From contig JBGCFK010000343.1 in the NCBI GenBank assembly GCA_045106875.1, forward strand, positions 1-42,233: DNA of 42,233 nt, given 5' to 3'. This document shows, piece by piece, positions 37,106 to 42,233 of the stretch. Positions within the stretch are counted from its first letter, which is position 1. Each line of letters begins with the position of its first letter. The notes under the pieces are model-generated. The model was not told where the DNA came from. It ran no database searches and saw nothing but the letters and a program-made list of their open reading frames with translations. Position numbers and translations under genes: made by a program. Source of the stretch: Paracoccaceae bacterium (GTDB lineage: Bacteria; Pseudomonadota; Alphaproteobacteria; Rhodobacterales; Rhodobacteraceae).

Positions 37106-38731
37106 ATGTCCCAGTCCTCGAACAATGACCCTCAGGGCACTCAAAACGAAGACACCGTAGAGGCATCTGCCCAAGACAGCGCTTCTGATGCTGTCGATCA
37201 AGCCGGGTCTGATGCGAGCGAACAGGCGGAAGCCGAGTATTCCGATACTGCTTCCGATGCCGACGATAGCCCGGCCCAGCGGTCCAGCCTGGCTGGGATG
37301 GCGCTTCGATTTCTGATTCTCGTACTGGTTGTCTTTGGTCTTGCGATCTGGGCGCTGCCGCATATCGCGCCGCGGTTGCCTGACAGTATGGCCAAGCACT
37401 TGTTCCCGACGCAGCAGATTGTCGACCAGCGGTTTGCGGCGATCGAGTCGCAACTAGGCGATGCCACTGGGGCCCAGGCCGAGGAGGTCGCTGCACTCTC
37501 AGGTCAGGTTGCGTCACTGCAAGCCGAGATTGCCGAATTGAAGTCCAGCCTCGAGGCTGCCGAGACCGAAGCGCAGGCCGCTCGCGCTGCGGCTGAAGAG
37601 GCGGCATCTGCTGCGGGAACGGCCACTGTCTCCGAGGAGGTTCTTTCTGATGCCGGCACTGCGGCGTCGCGTGCCGCCGAGGCAGCTGACACGGCGACCA
37701 GCGCTGCAACGGAAGCAGGCACGGTTGCATCGTCTGCGATGCGCAACACGGCAGCCTTGTCTCGCCGTGTGACAGGGTTTGAAGCCCAGATGACAGCTCT
37801 TTCCGAGGAGATCAGCGCGATCAGTGACGGGCTGGCGAATGCAGGTGCCTCGGCGTCCGGCGGAAGCACCGGAGGCGGCGGATCCCCTGAATTGGCCGCA
37901 GCTTACAACGCGCTGAAGGCGCGGCTGGACGGATTGGCGGCACAGGTTGGTGGCTCCGGCTACTTGACCGAGAGCGAAGCTGCGAAGTTTGCCACGCAGG
38001 ATGATCTGAGATCGACCCGCACGGCTCTTGCTGCGGATCTTGCCAGTGCGATGGACAAGCTTCCCGCCCCTGAAGAAGTCGCTACGACCGGCTTGGTGGA
38101 TGACCTCAAGACTGGTCTGTCCGAACAGTTGAGCGACTTGACAGGGCGCGTTGACAGCGTGGAGCAGGCGGCGACATCTGCTGCAGAATCTGCAAGCGCT
38201 GCTCAGGCAGAGGTTGGCGGCGCGATCCGGGATGCCTCGCTGCGGTCGGCGATCGCGGCATTAGAGGCACAAATGTCGACGGGTCGCTCCTATGCCGCGC
38301 CGTTGAACGAGGTCGCTCGCCTTTCGGAACAGGCCCCACCGGAGGCCCTGAGCCAGTCTGCAGATACGGGGCTTGCCACGCCTGACGGGCTGCTCGCACA
38401 GTTTGGTAATACAGCGCGCGAGGCTATCGCGGCTGATCTTCGTGCCTCGGCTGATGGGAATGTGTTGGGACAAGCTACAGCGCGCCTGCGGGCCCTGGCG
38501 GCAGGCCGCCCGACAGATGCGCAGGAGGGCGATGATGTCTCAGCAGTGCTTTCCCGTGTGGAAGTTGCCGTATCAAGCGGTGATCTGAAGGGTGCACTTG
38601 GCGAGGCGGGCACACTGCCCGACAGCGCTTCGGGCGCTATGGCGGGCTGGCTCGACCAACTGAAAGCACGCGTTGCAGCGGATGCTGCTCTATCGGAATA
38701 TGTCGCCGGGCTCGGCGGCACTAACGGCTAA
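37106..38731 (+). CDS. COG4223 / mitofilin (Mic60)-like membrane-anchored coiled-coil protein
   Basis: Acidic N-terminus, one TM helix, long Ala-rich coiled coil, C-terminal GRSY...SAVLSRVE...GDL...W...RVAA; sits between hemD and hemY. Confidence 0.78.
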   Translation: MSQSSNNDPQGTQNEDTVEASAQDSASDAVDQAGSDASEQAEAEYSDTASDADDSPAQRSSLAGMALRFLILVLVVFGLAIWALPHIAPRLPDSMAKHLFPTQQIVDQRFAAIESQLGDATGAQAEEVAALSGQVASLQAEIAELKSSLEAAETEAQAARAAAEEAASAAGTATVSEEVLSDAGTAASRAAEAADTATSAATEAGTVASSAMRNTAALSRRVTGFEAQMTALSEEISAISDGLANAGASASGGSTGGGGSPELAAAYNALKARLDGLAAQVGGSGYLTESEAAKFATQDDLRSTRTALAADLASAMDKLPAPEEVATTGLVDDLKTGLSEQLSDLTGRVDSVEQAATSAAESASAAQAEVGGAIRDASLRSAIAALEAQMSTGRSYAAPLNEVARLSEQAPPEALSQSADTGLATPDGLLAQFGNTAREAIAADLRASADGNVLGQATARLRALAAGRPTDAQEGDDVSAVLSRVEVAVSSGDLKGALGEAGTLPDSASGAMAGWLDQLKARVAADAALSEYVAGLGGTNG

Positions 38732-38743
38732 GGAGAGATTTCG

Positions 38744-40165
38744 ATGCTGAGCCGGTTTGCCTATGTGCTCATAATTCTCGGGGTCATCCTTGCGGGTGCC
38801 TTCGGATTGGATTTCCTGTTGAAACAGGAAGGATCACTTGTACTGACGATCGGCGGGACCACCTGGCCGTTGACGTTGTTCGAAGCTGCTATCGGGCTCA
38901 CGATCGGGGTGCTTGGCATTTTGCTGGCCATTCTTGCGGTCAAGCTGCTTCTTGCCTTGTTCCTTTTCATAGTCGGCCGAAAGGACGCGTTTGGAACGTT
39001 CTTCACCCGCCGCCGCGAGCGGTCGGGGCTGGACGCCCTGTCCAAGAGCATGGTCGCGCTGGCGTCCGGGAATGCGCCTTTGGCCAAGAAGAAAGCCGCA
39101 TTGGCTGAACGCAAACTGATGCGCCCGGAGTTGACGCGGCTGATTAACGCTCAGGCTGCGGAATTGTCCGGAGACGATGCCAAAGCCGAAACATACTATA
39201 AAGCCCTGATGGCGGACGATTCGACAGCCTATGTCGGTGCACATGGACTTATCGGCAAGGCGATGGACGCCGGCGACACTGATCGGGCGCTGAAACTTGC
39301 CGAGTTTGCGCGCGAGATTGCACCCAAGGACGAGACGACTTTGGAGACGCTGTATACCCTGCAGAGCCAAAAGTTCGACTGGGAAGCCGCGCGTAAAACG
39401 CTGACGGATCAGCGCCGTGCCAAGCATGTGCCCAAGCTGGAGGCGTCACGCCGCGAAGCTGCTTTGATACTCGCACAGGCCGAGGATGCCGAGCGTGTCG
39501 GTGAAGACGAACATGCCCGTGCCTTGGCGGTCGAAGCTGCGAAGATGGATCTGACAAATGTGAACGCAGTGTCTGCGGCCGTGCGTCATCTGGTGGCTTC
39601 CGGCTCGAAGCGGGCTGCAAGCAAACTTGTCACGGATTCGTGGCGGTCGGGACCACACCCGGTTCTGGCAGCGGCATTTGCCTCGATCGAGCCGGACGAG
39701 TCTCCGGCTCAGCGCCAGCGTCGTTTCCAAGCCCTGTTCAATCTGCACCCTGAGGATGATGAGACACGGTTTGTGCGGGCGGAACTTGCCCTGGTCGCGG
39801 AAGACTTCAAGGGTGCGCGCGCTGCGATTCAGGATTTGCGCGAGACCGACCCCTCGGTGCGCAGTTGTGCGATCATGGCTGCGGTCTCTCGCGGTGAGGG
39901 AGAACCAGATTACGTAGTGCGCGGCTGGCTTGCACGGGCGTTGGGTGCTCCGAAGGGCAATGCGACTGAAGGCATCATTGACCACGCGGCAATGCTGCCT
40001 TTGTTGATTGGCGCGCCGGACGAAATCGCAGACGAACAAAGCCGCGACCTGCCGGGCGGGTTGGCTGAGAATGGACCTAAAGGTGATGGTCCGATCGACG
40101 CTGAAGATGCTGAACCCGTGACGGGCGACACCGAGGCAAAGCCTCGCTCCGAGGCGGCAGCGTAA
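38744..40165 (+). CDS. hemY: HemY-like membrane TPR protein
   Basis: Two N-terminal TM helices, GLDALSKSMVALASG, TPR-like helices, PHPVLA and VRGWLARALGAP; AAGGAG RBS. Confidence 0.85.
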   Translation: MLSRFAYVLIILGVILAGAFGLDFLLKQEGSLVLTIGGTTWPLTLFEAAIGLTIGVLGILLAILAVKLLLALFLFIVGRKDAFGTFFTRRRERSGLDALSKSMVALASGNAPLAKKKAALAERKLMRPELTRLINAQAAELSGDDAKAETYYKALMADDSTAYVGAHGLIGKAMDAGDTDRALKLAEFAREIAPKDETTLETLYTLQSQKFDWEAARKTLTDQRRAKHVPKLEASRREAALILAQAEDAERVGEDEHARALAVEAAKMDLTNVNAVSAAVRHLVASGSKRAASKLVTDSWRSGPHPVLAAAFASIEPDESPAQRQRRFQALFNLHPEDDETRFVRAELALVAEDFKGARAAIQDLRETDPSVRSCAIMAAVSRGEGEPDYVVRGWLARALGAPKGNATEGIIDHAAMLPLLIGAPDEIADEQSRDLPGGLAENGPKGDGPIDAEDAEPVTGDTEAKPRSEAAA

Positions 40166-40212
40166 GAAGTTCAAGTTTCACCGGAACTGACGCAATTTGC
40201 CGCTTTTTCCGT

Positions 40213-40241
40213 TTGAAGCGAGAGACCTATCGGTGTAGAGA
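40213..40241 (+). promoter_or_regulatory. Putative sigma70 promoter of tRNA-Thr
   Basis: TTGAAG-N17-TAGAGA, about 60 bp upstream of the tRNA. Confidence 0.4.
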
Positions 40242-40253
40242 CCGACTGCCTTG

Positions 40254-40282
40254 GGAAAGAAGACGCCCAGGTGGTTCTGGGC
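40254..40282 (-). terminator. Possible intrinsic terminator after the recombinase stop
   Basis: Minus strand GCCCAG-AACCAC-CTGGGC-GTCTTCTTTCC, starting 4 bp after the TGA at 40287-40289. Confidence 0.4.
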
Positions 40283-40286
40283 ATGA

Positions 40287-41924
40287 TCATGCATGGGGCA
40301 GGCCGCTGTAGCTCAGCTGGTAGAGCACGTCATTCGTAATGATGGGGTCGGAGGTTCGAGTCCTCTCAGCGGCACCACTTCTCACATCCTGCCCTGAGAG
40401 TTCCCCTAAAGCCTTGAAGGGTAACGCTATTTTGGCGGTTCTAGCACCCTCAATTCGGTGGTAGTGGAGACGGTCTGCGAAGGCCAGTTTTAGGACCAGT
40501 CGGCGGAGGGTGATATGACCACTTTCCCAGAGTTTCCAAGGGTTTGCGAGGAAAGTGAGGACTGGTTCTAGTTTTTCCTCGAAAGAGCCCTTGGGTTCGG
40601 CATGTTTGGTAAGTTGTTCGGCTGCGAGCGCCTTGCCGCGCTCAAGTTCGCCGATCTTGGTCTCGTAGGTTGCGATGATCGAGGCATTTGTTGTGCCGAG
40701 GATTCGGGCTAGCAGCGTGTCTATCTGCTTCTCGATATCCTTGATCTGATGCTTGCCCGCTTGGATAGCTTCAAGCGCCTGACCGCGGCGGGCATCCCAG
40801 GCAAAACGGAACATGGCTGTTGCCAGATCAAAGAGACCCTGGGTCGGCTGCAGCTGCTTGATGATCTCGCCGACCTCACCCTCGATCTTATCGCGCGGGA
40901 TAGATTTCCCGTAGCTCTCGCAGGTCTTGGTCTGGCAGAGATAGTAGGCATAGTGCCTGTCGCGTCCCTTCGCCCAGGAGGAACGAAACGGCACGCCGCA
41001 ATCAGCGCAGCAGGCAAAACCGCGCAGCGCGAAATCATTGCCGATGTTCTTGCGCGTCGGGGCTTTGGTCGTGCCCTTGCGGCGCTGTTGGACTTTCTCA
41101 AATGTCTCAAGTGTGATCAGCGGCTCGTGCTGGCCTTTCAACCAGTGCAGCCGATAGTTTTCTGAGCAGATGTATCCGGCGTAAAGCGGTTGGGTCAGAA
41201 TGTCAGTGACCCGCTGCTGGGTGATGACGCCCTTCCTGTTACGCGGGAACTCTGGAAAGCTCTCAAAGTAGCGCTTGATTTCAGCCTGACTTTGGAACCG
41301 TCCGAGGGCGTATCCCTCGAACGCCTCAATGACAATCCGATCAAGGGGCGGGTTCGGAACCAACACCTTCCCCCGGCCTTTGATGGTGATGTATTTGAGG
41401 CCCACGGGCGCGTCGTGGATCCAGTACCCGTTCTGCATCCTGGCCCGCATCTTCTGAGCCACCTGGCGTCCATTCTGTTTGCGTTCCAGCGCACCTTGGG
41501 CCGCCATGATCGTCTCTATAAATTCATCTTCAGGCGTCTCGCCGAGTTTGAAGTTCAGGCATTCCACCTGGACATTCCGATCCCGGAACGCATCGCGCAG
41601 ATCCAGGAAGGCCCGCGTGTCACGGCTCGCGCGCTTGAGGTCATCGAAGATCACAACGAAGCGTTCGCCGGGTTGCGCGTCGATAAAGCTGAGCAAAGCC
41701 AGCATGCCCGGACGTTGCATGAAGTCACCGCCCCCGGTGATGATATCCGGAAAGACGGATGCGACTTCGTAGCCCCGTGCCGTCGCATGCTCTCGGCACC
41801 GGGTTTCTTGCGAGGCGAGGCCATGGCCTTCCTCATCTTGGGATCTCGATGAGATCCGGCAATAGATGAGCGCTTTGATTGCCGTCTCACCTCTAATGCG
41901 TTCCGTATTGGTTCGAATGACCAT
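40287..41924 (-). CDS. Large serine recombinase (integrase)
   Basis: IYCRISS catalytic Ser motif, RPGM and DDLKRASR; recombinase domain (APVGLKY, ILTQPLYAG, HEPLITLETF); zinc ribbon (CADC...CQTKTC) and coiled coil; AAAGGA RBS. Confidence 0.93.
   Translation of the reverse strand: MVIRTNTERIRGETAIKALIYCRISSRSQDEEGHGLASQETRCREHATARGYEVASVFPDIITGGGDFMQRPGMLALLSFIDAQPGERFVVIFDDLKRASRDTRAFLDLRDAFRDRNVQVECLNFKLGETPEDEFIETIMAAQGALERKQNGRQVAQKMRARMQNGYWIHDAPVGLKYITIKGRGKVLVPNPPLDRIVIEAFEGYALGRFQSQAEIKRYFESFPEFPRNRKGVITQQRVTDILTQPLYAGYICSENYRLHWLKGQHEPLITLETFEKVQQRRKGTTKAPTRKNIGNDFALRGFACCADCGVPFRSSWAKGRDRHYAYYLCQTKTCESYGKSIPRDKIEGEVGEIIKQLQPTQGLFDLATAMFRFAWDARRGQALEAIQAGKHQIKDIEKQIDTLLARILGTTNASIIATYETKIGELERGKALAAEQLTKHAEPKGSFEEKLEPVLTFLANPWKLWESGHITLRRLVLKLAFADRLHYHRIEGARTAKIALPFKALGELSGQDVRSGAAERTRTSDPIITNDVLYQLSYSGLPHA
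40302..40377 (+). tRNA. tRNA-Thr(CGT)
   Basis: 76-nt cloverleaf: acceptor GCCGCTG/CAGCGGC, D arm GCTC/GAGC, anticodon loop TT-CGT-AA (CGT at 40335-40337), T loop TTCGAGT, encoded CCA. Confidence 0.97.
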
Positions 41925-42233
41925 TTCAAATTCCTTTCGTTTCTAAGAATTTCATTACTCAGGCTGCATCCTCGGTTCCGTCATCGTGCGGGACTTGGCG
42001 GCGGCTGTCCTGGCTGGAGCTTATCTGCGAGTTTAGCACAGCGGCGCGCAGCGCTGCCGTCAGGTCGATATTCTGTCCACAGCTTTCTTTGTCGCCGCCG
42101 ATAGCACTGCCCTCGCTCACCTCACAGCCGAGATCAACAAAACTCATGACGATGGTCCAGAGGGTCTCGATCAATTCGCGCTTCTCCGCCTCAGAGGCAC
42201 CGGAGGCGGCGACGTAAGGCAACCAATCCCGCC
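40378..42233. mobile_element. Left end of an integrative element inserted at tRNA-Thr(CGT), partial
   Basis: The serine integrase abuts and overlaps the tRNA, and core gene order stops there. The second att site is not in the window. Confidence 0.75.
41959..42233 (-). CDS. Small hypothetical protein upstream of the integrase, 5' partial
   Basis: Frame is open to the window edge (...RDWLPYVAASGASEAEKRELIETLWTIVMSFVDLG...); ends 34 bp before the integrase ATG, same strand. Confidence 0.7.
   Translation of the reverse strand, partial: RDWLPYVAASGASEAEKRELIETLWTIVMSFVDLGCEVSEGSAIGGDKESCGQNIDLTAALRAAVLNSQISSSQDSRRQVPHDDGTEDAA

Noticed and set aside
1-42233. CRISPR array, rRNA, second att copy of the tRNA 3' end, defence systems
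   Set aside because: None seen by eye. The EVE and patatin genes sit in housekeeping context with no nuclease or cyclase partner.

Overview
GC-rich alphaproteobacterial chromosome segment; the gene order resembles Rhodobacterales. The left part (1-20.7 kb) is mostly accessory. It holds the 5' end of a large RTX-type protein (absent from the ORF track because it runs off the window), eda-kdgK, a secreted CBM/cadherin/vWA protein, an orphan TadG-like gene, an orphan TRAP fusion permease, a quinone oxidoreductase, an SbtA-SbtB-beta-carbonic anhydrase cassette about 1 kb from carA, and ybaK, yqeY, FkbM, TPM, racemase-family, lipoprotein and DUF1194 genes. The right part is core: hisS-hisZ-hisG, lpoA-like-glnD-murJ-patatin, rsmI, RidA, tsaD-gpsA-EVE, hemC-hemD-COG4223(Mic60-like)-hemY and tRNA-Thr(CGT). 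The window ends in an integrative element whose large serine recombinase ORF reads antisense through the whole tRNA. Other features read directly from the sequence: a 103-bp MITE-like element whose terminal repeats supply the stop codons of both flanking genes, one perfect and three near-perfect CtrA boxes, and two likely microproteins, one ending in a type I secretion-like tail. All family assignments come from motif recognition by eye; no searches were run.
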